A stretch of DNA of 64,000 nucleotides from Octopus sinensis (GCF_006345805.1 NC_043001.1:14818001-14882000), one strand, 5' to 3'; shown: positions 36,080 through 49,197, counted from the stretch's first letter. Made by a program: numbers and translations. Notes: generated by a model from the letters alone, not told the origin.

Positions 36080-38810
36080 ATCATCATCATCATCATCATT
36101 TAACGTCCGCTTTCCATGCTAGCATGGGTTGGACGGTTCAACTGGGGTCTGGGGAGCCCGAAGGCTGCACCAGGCCAGTCAGATCTGGCAGTGTTTCTAC
36201 AGCTGGATGCCCTTCCTAACGCCAACCACTTCGAGAGTGTAGTGGGTGATTTTATGTGCCACCGACACAGGTGCCAGACGAGGCTGGCGAACAGCCACGC
36301 TCGGATGGTGTTTTTTATGTGCCACCGACACAGGTGCCAGACGAAGCTGGCAGACGGCCACGCTCGGATGGTGTTTTTATGTGCCACCGACACAGGTGCC
36401 AGATGAGGCTGGCGAACGGCCACGATCGGATGGTGTTTGTTACGTGCCCACGGCACGGAGGCCAGTCGATGCGGTACTGGCTACGGCCACGTTCGGATGG
36501 TTTTCTTGTGTGTGACCGGCACTGGTACCACAAAGATACAAATTCCATTGATGTTCATCTATTTTGATTTGTTTTGATTTTCACTTGCCTCAACAGGTCT
36601 TCACAAGTGTCACAAGAAGGAAGGTATGCACAGGTGGACTGACTACGTCCTAGGTAGGGGCCACGGGTTATGGCCTGACTAGTCTTGCCGGGTCTTCGGA
36701 TGGTGTTTTTATGTGCCACCGACACAGGTGCCTAGTCTTGCCGGGTCTTCGGATGGTGTTTTTATGTGCCACCGACACAGGTGCCAGATGAGGCTGGCGA
36801 ACGGCCACGATCGGATGGTGTTTGTTACGTGCCCACAGCACGGAGGCCAGTCGATGCGGTACTGGCTATGGCCACGTTCGGATGGTTTTCTTGTGTGCCA
36901 CAAAGATACAAATTCCATTGATGTTCATCTATTCTGATTTGTTTTGATTTTGATTTTGATTTTTGATTTTCACTTGCCTCAACAGGTCTTCACAAGTGTC
37001 TCAAGAAGGAAGGTATGCACAGGTGGACTGACTATGTCCCAGGTAGGGGCCACGGGTTATGGCCTGACTAGTCTTGCCGGGTCTTCGGATGGTGTTTTTA
37101 TGTGCCACCGACACAGGTGCCAGATGAGGCTGGCAAACGGCCACGATCGGATGGTGTTTGTTATGTGCCCACAGCATGGAGGCCAGTCGATGCGGTACTG
37201 GCTACGGCCACGTTCGGATGGTTTTCTTGTGTGCCACCGGCACTGGTACCACAAGGATACAAATTCCATTGATGTTCATCTATTTTGATTTGATTTTCAC
37301 TTGCCTCAGCAGGTCTTCACAAGTGTCACAAGAAGGAAGGTATGCACAGGTGGACTGACTACGTCCCAGGTAGGGGCCACGGTTATGGCCTGACTAGTCT
37401 TGCCGGGTCTTCTCACGTACAGCATACTTCCATAGGTCTCGGTCTCTAGTCATTTCCTTGGTGATACCTAAAGTTCGAAGGTCGTGCTTCACCACCTCGT
37501 CCCAGGTTTCCTGGGTCTACCTCTTCTACAGGTTCCCTCAACTGCTAGGGTGTAGCACTTTTGCAAACAACTATCTTCAGCCATTCTCGTCACATGACCA
37601 TACCAGCGCAGCCGTCTCTCTTGCACACCACAACTGATGCTTCTTAGGTTCAACTTTTCTCTCAAGGTACTTACACTCTGACGATTATGAACACTGACAT
37701 TACACATCCATCGGAGCATACTGGCTTCATTTCTTGCGAGCTTACGCATATCCTCAGCAGTCACGGCCCATGTTTCACTACCATGTAGCATGGCTGTACG
37801 TACACATGCATCATACAGTCTGCCTTTTACTCTGAGCGAGAGGCCTTTTGTCACCAGCAGGGGTAAGAGCTCTCTAAACTTTGCCCAGGCTATTCTTACT
37901 CTAGCAGTTACACTTTCAGCACACCCACCCCCGCTACTGACTTGGTCTCCTAGGTAGCGGAGCTATCAACTACTTCTAGTTTGTCTCCCTGGAACGTGGT
38001 AGAAGTTGGTCTCTGGCACATTTCCAGTGTTTATTGCTCCTGAGCATCTGCCACAGACAAAAACTATTTTCCTAGTTAGCCTTCCTTTGACATTGCTGCA
38101 CCTCTTATGTGTTCATAGCTTACACTTGGTGCACCTTATAGAGTTTCTACCTACACCTTTTTACAGATCGAGCAGGGCCATCTACCTGAAGTCGTTTGTG
38201 ATTGGTCCACCTTCCTACTTATTAGGACTTTGGTTTTGGCTAGGTTGATTCTAAGGCCCTTCGATTCTAATCCTTGTCCACACCTGAAACTTCTCCTCCA
38301 GTTCTGATAGTGACTCAGCAATTAGAGCAAGGTCATCAGCATAGAGGAGCTCCCAGGGGCATCCTGTCTTGAATCCTCCGTTATTGCCTGGAGGACTATG
38401 ATAAATAGGAGGGGACTGAGGACTGAACCTTGGTGGACCCCAACCTCTTCACTGTACTCGTTGCCAACCCTCACCTTACTAGCAGCGTCTCTGTACATGG
38501 CTTGCACAGCTCTCACTAACCATTCATCTATCCCTAGTTTCCTAATTGACCACCAGATAAGGGATCGGGGGACCCTGTCAAAGGCTTTCTCCAAGTCAAC
38601 AAAAGCCAGGTACAAGGGCTTATCTTTGGCTAGGTATTTCTCCTGCAGCTGTCTTACCAGGAATATAGCATCAGTAGTACTTTTGCCTGGCACGAACCCA
38701 AACTGCATATCATCTAAGCTAACTCTCTCTCTAATTAATTGGGCTATAACCCTCTCCGTAACCTTCATTACCTGATCCAGCAGCTTGATACCCCTGTAGT
38801 TATTTGTATT
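36080..38810 (-). mobile_element. 5'-truncated RTE-clade LINE with long, internally repeated 3' UTR and (GAT)n tail
   Basis: RT ORF runs directly into the UTR that is dispersed across the window. Confidence 0.92.
37394..38810 (-). pseudogene. RTE ORF (RT and C-terminus), frameshifted
   Basis: NYRGIKLL, QFGFVPGKSTTDAIF, AFVDLEKAFDRV, GVHQGSVLSPLLF, LLYADDL, MLHGSETW, RLRWYGHV, GRPRK...RDRDLWK..KTRQD*. Confidence 0.93.
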
Positions 38811-39022
38811 TTGCATTTTTGAACCAGATGGTTTCAAGTAGGTTGATATTAAAAAGGCTAAGGTAAAAATGAATAAAATGGACACTTTCATCCACTTTTA
38901 TCTTTAATTTTCAAAACAGTAGAAAAAAATGTACATAAGACTAAATCATATGAGTAATCAAGAGGATTTGGCATCACAGACACAAAACAAATAAATAAAA
39001 AAAGTAAAAATAAAAACCTTTC

Positions 39023-39067
<45 letters not shown>

Positions 39068-39308
39068 ATATATATACTCTTTTACTCCTTACTCTTTTAC
39101 TTGTTTCAATCATTTGACTGCGGCCATGCTGGAGCACCGCCTTTTAGTCGAGCAAATCGACCCCAGGACTTATTCTTTGTAAGCCTAGTACTTATTTGAT
39201 CGGTCTCTTTTGCCAAACCGCTAAGTAACGGGGATGTAAACATACCAGCATCGGTTGTCAAGCAATGTTGAGGGGGACAAACACAGACACACAAACATGC
39301 ACACACAT

Positions 39309-39350
<42 letters not shown>

Positions 39351-39451
39351 TATATATACACATGCATATAACATTTTCCAGCTGATTTTCAGTAACACTT
39401 CCAGTCACATCAGTTATCTTTGTTTTGAAGTCTTCTAAAAATCGAGGCTCT

Positions 39452-40095
39452 CATCATCATCATCGTTTAGCGTCCGCTTTTCATGCTAGCATGGGTTGGA
39501 CGGTTCAACTGGGGTCTGGGAAGCCAGAAGGCTGCACCAGGCTCCAGTCTGATAGGCTATGTTTCTATGGCTGGATGCCCTTCCTAATGCCAACCACTCC
39601 ATGAGTGTAGTGGGTGCTTTTTACGTGCCAGACGAGGCTGGCAAACGACCACGATCGTATGGTGCTTTTTACATGCAACCAGCACGGAGGCCAGGTGAGG
39701 CTGGCAATGGCCACAATCAGATGGTGCTTTTTACATGCAACCAGCACGGAGGCCAGGCGAGGCTGGCAATGGCCACGATCGTATGGTGCTTTTTACATGC
39801 AACCAGCACGGAGGCCAGGCGAGGCTGGCAATGGCCACAATCGGATGGTGCTTTTTACATGCCACCAGCACAGAGGCCAGGCGAGGCTGGCAATGGCCAC
39901 GATCGGATGGTGCTTTTTATATGCCACCAGCACGGAGGCCAGGTGAGGCTGGCAATGGCCACGATCGGATGGTACTTTTTACGTGCCACTGGCACGGAGG
40001 CAGTTGGGGCAGCATTGGCAACGGCCACGTTCGGATGGTTGTCTTATGTGCCACCGGCACTGGCATCACAGCTACGATTTCCATTGATGTTGCCA
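39452..40095 (-). mobile_element. RTE 3' UTR fragment with 6-7 x 62-bp units
   Basis: atggtgc recurs at 39659, 39721, 39783, 39845, 39907; variant atggtac at 39969. Confidence 0.9.
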
Positions 40096-40529
40096 GTCAA
40101 CATTTTCTTCTCTCTTACTATCTCTCTTTCTTTATTCTAGGCGTAATCCATCACTCTCGTGTTTGGCCGAAAGTCTTTATCTATTGTGTCTTTGGTCTAT
40201 CGTTTCAAATTATATTCTTCTACTTTTGTACAGCCACCCTGTATTGTCTTGTTTACTCGAACCCTAATTCTACGCAGATTTTGCTGGTGCTGCTGATATA
40301 CGAAGTTCTCAGTCTTATCCTTAAAGGCACGAAACCGAGTATTAGTATTTTGGTCAGTAACTGATGAAGAATTAGGGCCCTTTTGTGTCTGTCTTATGTA
40401 TATGTTTTATAGTATTTAATGCACTTTTTATTTATTGAGTAACTGAACACCACACACCTCCATTTTTGTTAACAGTAAGTTTTATATATATATTACCTGC
40501 CCTATGGTGACTCATATATATATATATCA

Positions 40530-40875
40530 GCTAACCGGCTTCCATGCCGGTGGCACGTAAAAGGCACCATTCAAGCGTGATCGTTACCAGCATTGCCTTA
40601 CTGGCACCTGTGGCAGTGGCATGTGTAAAAAGATTTGAGCGAGGCCATTGCCAGTACCGCCTGACTGGCCCCAGTGCCGGTGGCACGTAAAAAGCACCCA
40701 CTACACTCTGGGAGTGGTTGGCGTTAGGAAGGGCATCCAGCTGTAGAAACTCTGCCAGATCAAGATTGGAGCCTGGTGCAGCCATCTGGTTTGCCAGCCC
40801 TCAGTCAAACCGTCCAACCCATGCTAGCATGGAAAGCGGACGTTAAATGATGATGATGATGATGATGATGATGAT
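40530..40875 (+). mobile_element. RTE 3' UTR fragment
   Basis: Family consensus and (GAT)n tail, followed by (GATA)n to ~41048. Confidence 0.87.
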
Positions 40876-40953
40876 ATATATATATATAGATAGATAGGTA
40901 GATAAGTAGATGGATAGATGGATAGATGGATGGATGGATAGATAAATAGATAA

Positions 40954-41010
<57 letters not shown>

Positions 41011-41017
41011 GATAGAC

Positions 41018-41048
<31 letters not shown>

Positions 41049-41479
41049 GTCACCTTAGGGGAGGTGATAGCAATTTTTCGCAGACATTTTATAGAGAAAT
41101 ATGTTATCTGTAAAAACAGAAAAGAAAAGAAAGAAAATCTCTAAACAAGCATTTGTAATTTCCTCCCAACCTAGTATATGCTCTTATTTGCAATTGTGTA
41201 ATTGCCACCAAGTTGTTGCCTGCATGATACGAGTTGCCCCCAACCCTGCGTGTAAACAAGCTTCAAATATCACACCATTAGTCTTATATGCATTGGGAAT
41301 GAGTAAATTCAAAATGTGACTCGCAAGAATTTAGGTTTGAATAAATATTTAGTCTGTGCTCTTTTGTTTTATCCTGGAGGATCAGTGAAGGTCACTGGTA
41401 CAACACCATCCATGAAAAAGAAAAAAGATAAATTCACACCATCCCACCATGGCATTTCTTAACTGTGGAAATTGTTTTA

Positions 41480-42025
41480 TTAATCAGGGTGTCTCCACAT
41501 GTAGAGCTGTTATCAAAGAAGCTTGAGAGGCAGTTGGATGGAACTTACACTCGCCTCCTTATGAGAGCTCAAAATATCTCGTGGAAGAGTCATCCAACCA
41601 AAATGCAAATATATGGGAAATTACAACCTGTGTCATCTCTTGTGAAAGGTAGAAGAGTCCAGTTTGCTGGACATTGTTGTAGAGCTGAAAACGAGGCAAT
41701 TTCTACTCTTCTCCTCTGGAAGCCATCTGCTCACGATACCAGAGGGCGCACACTCTCCTACCCTGATGTAATCTCCAGGGATACAGGCATCCAGCAACAG
41801 GACCTCCGTAATGCTATGATGGACCGTGAAGTCGGGCGTAGCATGGTAAATTTCATTATCTCGACCACGGTTATGATACCAGAGGGCACACACTCTCCTA
41901 CCCTGATGTAATCTCCAGGGATACAGGCATCCAGCTACAGGACCTCCGTAATGCTATGATGAACCGTGAAGTCGGGCGTAATATAGTAAATTCCATTGTC
42001 TCGACCACGGTCAAACAATGATGAT
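41480..42025 (+). pseudogene. Second RTE-type LINE 3' end with 140-bp tandem duplication
   Basis: LERQLDGTYTRLLMRAQNISW...RRVQFAGHC..A...LLLWKP...DTG...AMMDR; gataccagaggg at 41735 and 41875; (GAT)n end. Confidence 0.8.
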
Positions 42026-42180
42026 GAGAGCTGCTACTTCTTCGCATTGAGATGTCACAGCTCCAGTACTATGAACATATGATCAGACTGTTGCAGGAAA
42101 GAACCACAAGGAATTCTTCAAAGCAAGCCAACCAACAGGAGATGTAGGGGAAGAATAAGAACGAGTTGGTTGAGTAATGG

Positions 42181-42563
42181 GAAGCACTCCGTCGGTTACG
42201 ACGATGAGGGTTCCGGTTGATCTGAATCAACGGAACAGCCTGCTCGTGAAATTAATGTGTAAGTGGCAGAGCACTCCACAGACATGTGTACCCTTAACGT
42301 AGTTCTCGGGGATATTCAGCGTGACAGAGAGAGTGACAAGGCTGGCCCCTTGAAATACAGGTACAACAGAAACAGGAAGTAAGAGTGAGAGAAAGTTGTG
42401 GTGAAAGAGTACAGCAGGGATCACCACCATCCCCTGCCGGAGCCTCGTGGAGCTTTAGGTGTTTTTGCTCAATAAACACTCACAACGCCCGGTCTGGGAA
42501 TCGAAACTGCGATCCTATGACCGCGAGTCCGCTGCCCTAACCACTGGGCCATTGCGCCTCCAC
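42181..42563 (-). mobile_element. SINE-D (tail a) full length
   Basis: Minus strand ggaggcgcaatggcccagtggttagggcagcggactcgcggtc...gtttcgattccc tRNA-like head. Confidence 0.9.
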
Positions 42564-42979
42564 TGGTTGAGTAATAACCATAGAATCACTCAATCATGCT
42601 TGGGAACCCAGCTGGAAAGTCTAATGACGGTTGCTTCTGCTTGAAACTTATGGAGAAGGTGCCTAAGGACTCTACTTTTGTGACCCTTGGATGGATATTA
42701 TTACATCTTGGATGGATATTATTACACAGCAATATTAGTTTCAAATTTTGGCACAGGGTCAGTAGTTTTCAAAGGGGAAGGAGTTGACTACAATGACTCT
42801 TTGACTTGTGCTTATTTAATTGACCCTGAAAGGGTGAAAGGAAAGATGACCACGGTGGAATTCGAACTCAGAATGTAAGGATGGACAAAATGTCACCAAC
42901 CATTTAATCTGGTTTGCTAAGCAATGATAGGCAGTAATATTACATAGATACATACATACAGACAGACAGACAGACATGC

Positions 42980-43072
42980 ATGGAAGAAGAATGAGAAGAA
43001 GAATGAGGAGGAGAAGAATGAGAAGAAGAAGAAGAAGAACAACAACAACAACAACAACAACAAAGATAGTGA

Positions 43073-43133
<61 letters not shown>

Positions 43134-43260
43134 AAGAAGAAGAAAAAGAAGAAGAAGAATGAAAAGAAGAAGGAGGAGGAGTAGGAGGAGGAGAAGAAGA
43201 AGAGTAGCAGGAGGTAAATGACAGAGAGAAGCAACAGCAAGAGCTGGAACAACAAGAACA
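42980..43260. repeat. Compound (AGA/AAC/AAT/AGG)n trinucleotide tract
   Basis: Direct inspection. Confidence 0.95.
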
Positions 43261-43534
43261 GCAACTGAATAAGAAACAGCCAAGAATAAACAGAAAAAAT
43301 AATATTTAAAATAATACAAGATGGCAGAATCGTTAGCATACAGAGCGAAATGCTTAGCGGTATTTCATCCGTCTTTACGCCTCGAATTCAAATTCTGCCA
43401 TGGTCGACTTTGCCTGTCATGCTTTCGGTGTCAATAAACTAAGTACCAGTTGAACACTGGGACCAATTTAATCAACATAGCCCTTTCCCAAAGCGGCTGG
43501 TCTTTGGCCAAAATTTAGAACCAATATTTTAAAT

Positions 43535-43905
43535 AAGAGCACTCAGAGAGCAAAAACCTCCACCAAGGCAACATCAACGTCCTCTCAACAATTAGCCAGA
43601 GATGATTGTTAAAATGAGAATATCTGAAATAAACTTGATTGCTCGCACAAGCAAGAATCCTAAAAATGAACCTGACTGCTTTCAAAAATTAAGTAAAAAA
43701 AATACAGGAAAAATAACCCAGAATCCTTGTCCGTTACCAGATTGATCCCAAACTCTAATCAATTTGTGTCAGTTATGAGGCCAAACATCCCTGAAATTTT
43801 CATCTGAATCCATTTGGCGGTTCTTGAGATATCTGGTCCATGGACAAACAAACAAACAAACGCAACTGAAAACAAAACTTCCACCTTTGCTAAGGCGGAG
43901 GTAAT
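43535..43905 (-). mobile_element. Helentron-associated non-autonomous element (HINE/DINE-1-like)
   Basis: Minus strand attacctccgcc 5' subTIR within a palindrome, (GTTT)n, 3' ggtggaggt subTIR, terminal gctctctgagtgc hairpin. Confidence 0.7.
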
Positions 43906-44019
43906 AAATCAAATCTCTAATTATTACGTATGAGTAGGAGATTGTTTTTACTCACACACTGACACACACACACACACAGGCATACACACATACAGACATA
44001 TACATGCACATCCATAGGT

Positions 44020-44245
44020 GGTGAGCTGGCAGAAATGTTAGCGCACCGGGCGAAATGCTTAGTGGTATTTCATCTGTCATTACATTCTGAGTTCAAATTC
44101 TGCTGAGGTCGACTCTGCCTTTCATCCTTTTGGGGTTGACAAATAAATTACCAGTTTCGCACTGGGATCGATGTAATTGACTTAATCCCTTTGTCTGTCC
44201 TTGTTTGTCCTCTCTGTGTTTAGCTCCTTGTAGGCAGTAAAGAAA
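44020..44245 (+). mobile_element. SINE-B (tail a)
   Basis: Family consensus. Confidence 0.87.
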
Positions 44246-45689
44246 TATATACATACACATCTACAAACCTCTAGAGAAGTATAAAACCTTACTAGAATTA
44301 AAACACGCATGCAGGATAATCATGCAATATCAAGATATGGTAATAAAACAAGAACCATCATAAACAAAGCATGTTTGCTTTGTAAGCACATGGTTCCAGG
44401 TTCAGTCCTACTGCGTGGCATCTTGGGCAAATGTCTTCTCGTACAGCCTTGGTCTGACCAAAGCCTTGTAAGTGGGTTTGGGAGATGGAAACCGAAAGAA
44501 GCTCATTGTATGAGTGTGTGTGCATGTCTGTGTTTGTCCACTACTACCACTGTTTGACAACTGGCGTATATGTCCCTGTAACTTAGCAGTTTGGCAAAAG
44601 AGACTGATAGAATAAATGCCAAGCTTTAAAGAAAGGTAAGTGCTGGGGTCGATTCATTCAACTAAAAGTTCCTCAATGTGGTGTCCCAGTGTGGCTGAAG
44701 TCTAATGACTGAGTAAAAAAAAAAAAGAAAAGGAAAAAGAAAGCAAGAACTCTCTAAACAAGATTGACCTGACAAGAACTGGAATTTCATTGGACAATTA
44801 GAACCATGAAAACACAAGATACAAAACTTTCACTCAAAAACAACAAGAATAATAACAACACACAAACAAAACAATAAGTGCACCAAATGTATACTCCTCA
44901 TCTTCAGCTGCCAATGGATATCATTATAGTTTTGACAACTACTCAATATCATTCAATCCAGCAGTATCAACAGCTTGAAAGCATAAACATTGCCTTTGTT
45001 TATATGCTTATTATGTTACAAAACAGAAATCTCTAACATCAAATGGTCACATAACTATAGCAACAATGCAGAGAAATTAAAAAGGTAAAATATAGAAAAC
45101 AGAGAAATATCATCAAAACGGCCATGGCTAACTGAAAACTGAAGAACTTAAAAGCCATGACACATTAAAACGAACTAGCGAACTAGACATATTGACCAGA
45201 AATTATTGAACATAGTTGAAAACACACATCGCAAATACATAAAACAGAATATAAAAATGACCAAAGGAATATTCAACTTAGAACTGTAATCATGTAGATG
45301 AATTGAAGAACGTAAACCAATACCTATGTATTTATAAAACATACTTAATGCACGGAAATATAATGAAAACGAATGAAACACAAACTAGCAGAATAAAATA
45401 TTACATTAGCTATCAGGCTTCAGTTGATTCAAAACATCAGAGGAAACCTATGCGGACCAATATGTATTAAATATAAAAACATATAGATCTTAATTAAAGA
45501 AAATACATTTAAATGAGTATTTCCTTCTAAAACAGAAACACATCAATAATATAAAATTGATGAAAATACACATCATAATAAAAATACTTTATACATGAAA
45601 CACACACACACACACACCTATCTATCTATCTATATGCATATGTTTGTGTGTCTGTGCTTGTACCCCACACACACCATCGCTGCAGACGA

Positions 45690-46710
45690 AGGCAAGGCTG
45701 TGTGGTAAGAAACATGTTTCCCAACAACATGGTTCATGGTTCAGTCCCACTGCATGGTACCTTGGGCAAGTGTCTTCTACTATAGCCTCGGGTCGACGAA
45801 AGCCTTGTGAGTGGATTTGGTAGATGGAAACTGAAAGAAGCCCGTCGTATATATAAATATATATATATATACTAGCTGACATACCCAGTAATTCCCGGGA
45901 AAGCAGGGCTTATCCTTTGGTTCCATTCTCATAATTGTTTCGCTAATACAATGTAGCCCTTAAAATGGATTTTGTGCATTTACAGAGAATAGCGAACTGT
46001 CTTATACAGGATCTTGTTTTTAGGAATTCCCAATAAGTTATGAATACCCAAATTGTGAAGTCTGTTATGTAATAACATGAAATTAGTTACTCGATAGTAA
46101 GAATTCAAATAAAGTAGCCCCGAAAAGGGCTATAATGTGTTCCCAGAGAATATTACCCTCAGCGGTGCTAGTGTTGGTATATTCGTGAATAAGTCACTAA
46201 CCGAAATAAGTGGATCTATTGTTTAGGAAAATACTATTTACTTGTTTAAGGGTTTTACGGATAAATTGCAAAAATAACTCCAACAGTTCAAATACTAAGA
46301 AATAAGCATACTCAATTTGATTTATACCAAATGATGTAGAAAAATGAAAGGGTTATTTCCCTTGGCTGTTAAAATGAAATATATTAGATATATATAAGGA
46401 TCCCTTCAAGGAGCTCTATTATCGATGTTTTTCAACAATCTGAGTATGCCATGAGGTTTTCAGACATGAGTTCTACTCATGTGTTAAATTTCATCAAAAT
46501 CGATAAAACGATGTAGGAGGAGTTAGCTAACAACTCCACAAACACACACACACACAGAATTTCCCACATATGTAGTAGATGTATTTGTGTCTGATACCAA
46601 TAGAATAAGTTCTAGGCTTACAAAAAGTCCTGGGGTCGATTTGTTCAGCTAAAGGTGGTGCTCCAGCATGGCCGCAGTCAAATGACTGAAACAAGTAATA
46701 GAATAATAGA
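45690..46710 (+). mobile_element. SINE-A split by a Helitron
   Basis: 5' half 45690-45870, 3' remnant 46581-46710. Confidence 0.8.
45872..46579 (-). mobile_element. Non-autonomous Helitron (~708 bp)
   Basis: Minus strand A|TCTACTAC...cccggg.....ctggg hairpin...CTAG|T, inserted in (AT)n. Confidence 0.75.
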
Positions 46711-46764
46711 ACAGGCAAATCTATGAACAAAAACAAAAAAAAACAGGAAAATTAAGAAAATTCT

Positions 46765-47350
46765 TTTATTCTTTTACTTGTTTCAGTCATTTGACTGTGG
46801 CCATGCTGGAGTACCACTGTTTAGTTGAAATTGACCCCAGGACTTATTCTTTGTAAGCCTAGTACTTATTATATCAGTCTGAACCGCTAAGTTATGGGGC
46901 GGAAACACACCAACCTCTGTTGTCAAGTGATGTTGGGGGAACAAACACAGACGCACAAACAAAGATACACACACACACACATATATATGACAGGCTTCTT
47001 TCAGTTTCCATTTACCCAATCCACTCACAAGGCTTTGGTAAACTTGAGTCCAAGATGTCACGCAGTGAGACTGAACCTGGAACCATGTGCTTGGGAAGTA
47101 AGCTTCTTATTTTTTTATTGCCCACAAGGGGATAAACATAGAGGGGCAAACAAAGGGATTAAGTCGATAACATCGACCCCAGTGCGTAACTGGTACCTTA
47201 TTTATCGACCCCGAAAGAATGAAAGGCAAAGTCGACCTCAGCGAAATTTGAACTCAGAACGTAACAGCAGATGAAGTACCGCTAAGCATTTCGCCTGGCG
47301 AGCTACGTTTCTGCCAGCTCACCACCTTCTTACTACCCACTCCTGTGCCT
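46765..47350 (-). mobile_element. SINE-A with nested SINE-B (47112-47325)
   Basis: cttctta duplicated around the B copy. Confidence 0.82.
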
Positions 47351-47868
47351 ATATGCATATAATTTGTCCATGGGCAATGTTCCCAAGAAGTGGGTCCCAT
47401 GAAACCAAGCTCATCATCAGACAGACTGCACTATTCACACTAAATTGTTGCCACGCAACTCAGAAAGTACTGCGAACCACAGAGCGTAGAATCACCTCTT
47501 CATCCACTTTTGTCTTCTGGTTTATTCTGAGCTGGTGTAGTTAGCACCTGCCAGGGTCTCACCTATGGATTAATCAGTCCTTACAGAGATGCCACAATGG
47601 AGCAGGGTAGATGAGGATATTCACAGCTCATAAGCGACTCGTCTAAGAGAAGGTAACTCTATATACATCTGACATCCTGATAACTACTGGACACATGGCA
47701 TTTGAAGCCTCAGCCCAACACAAGTTTGAAGGACGAGAGAGTAAGACTGGTCTTGTACAAACCAAGACCCATCATGTAAAATCGTTTGGCAAACCAAAGA
47801 CAGACACCATCACCACTGCCATATTTTCCATTGGTCCAGTTTCTTGGAAACATTGCCCATGGGTGAAT

Positions 47869-47973
<105 letters not shown>

Positions 47974-48019
47974 ATATATATATATACATACATACACCAC
48001 ACACACACACACATATATA

Positions 48020-48290
48020 TGCCAGCGATGCTTTGACTGGCTTCTGTGTCGGCGCATGTAAAAAGCACCAAGCGATCGCGGTCGTTGCCAGCCTCCCCAG
48101 GCACCTGTGCCGGTGGAACGTAAAAAGCACTCACTACACTGATGGAGTGGTTGGCGTTAGGAAGGGCATCCAGCTTGTAGAAACGCTGCCAGATCAGATT
48201 GAAACCTGGTGCAGCCATCTGGTTCTCCAGTGCTCAGTCAAATCGTCCAACCCATGCTAGCATGGAAAACGGACGTTAAACGATGATGAT
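48020..48290 (+). mobile_element. RTE 3' UTR fragment
   Basis: Family consensus. Confidence 0.85.
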
Positions 48291-48310
48291 GATATATATA
48301 TATATATAAA

Positions 48311-48504
48311 GACGCAGGAGTGGCTGTGTGGTAAGAAGCTTGCTGCCCAACCACATGGTTCTGGGTTCAGTCCCACTGCATGGGGCCTTGGACAAAGGTT
48401 TTCTACTATAAGCCTCAGGCCAACCAAACCCTTGTGAGTGGATTTTGTAGATGGAAACTAAAAGAAGCCCGTCATATACATATGTATATATATATGTATG
48501 TATA

Positions 48505-48570
<66 letters not shown>

Positions 48571-48578
48571 GTGTGTGT

Positions 48579-48646
<68 letters not shown>

Positions 48647-48680
48647 TATCCCCCCACTATCACTTGACAACCGCTGTATT
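48311..48680 (+). mobile_element. SINE-A with expanded (TG)n spacer, 3'-truncated
   Basis: Head and core; ~150-bp (TG)n. Confidence 0.85.
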
Positions 48681-49146
48681 TTATAGTCCACCCAGCACCT
48701 ATATACATATATTATATATATTCTAATACATGATATTATGTAATTTGCGTTTGTTTATGTGCTTATGTATATGTGTGTGCGTATGTCTGTGTGCGTATGT
48801 CTGTGTGCGTGCGTGCGTGTGTGTCACTGGAAACGAGAAACTCAGAGTAACAATCTATTTGCGACGTTTTCTACTCCTGAGTCGCGCAATATTGTGTGAA
48901 AAAGTCAGCGATGCGTTAAAATAAATATTTTTATGTCTGTGAAAGAAAGACGAGCGTGTTGTTTGTTAAGAAGGCAAAATAACAATAATTAGTAGTAATA
49001 ATAAAATCGACAAACCGATAAAGAGTTAACACACATCTGATGTCGCTAACAGAGATAATGTTTGTTTGCGTTATTAGCGACAACAGATACATACAATCAC
49101 TACGATAGTGTGTAAATTACTACGATAATGATTATCTTTGGGTTGT

Positions 49147-49197
<51 letters not shown>

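Noticed and set aside
39559-40364. 193-aa and 209-aa repetitive ORFs (also 36100-37358)
   Set aside because: Translations of the 62-bp minisatellite in the RTE 3' UTR
40325-40380. GAAA...GUC...CTGATGA hammerhead-like arrangement
   Set aside because: Stem III is plausible but there is no room for stem I and stem II does not pair
42480-42563. tRNA-like sequences in SINE heads (A, B, D)
   Set aside because: Attached to SINE bodies, acceptor stems incomplete; not tRNA genes
42816-43339. Poly-Leu, poly-Phe and poly-Arg ORFs
   Set aside because: Trinucleotide microsatellite
44740-45600. A-rich skewed unique stretch suggestive of a minus-strand 3' UTR
   Set aside because: No linked coding exon or clear poly(A) context can be shown from sequence
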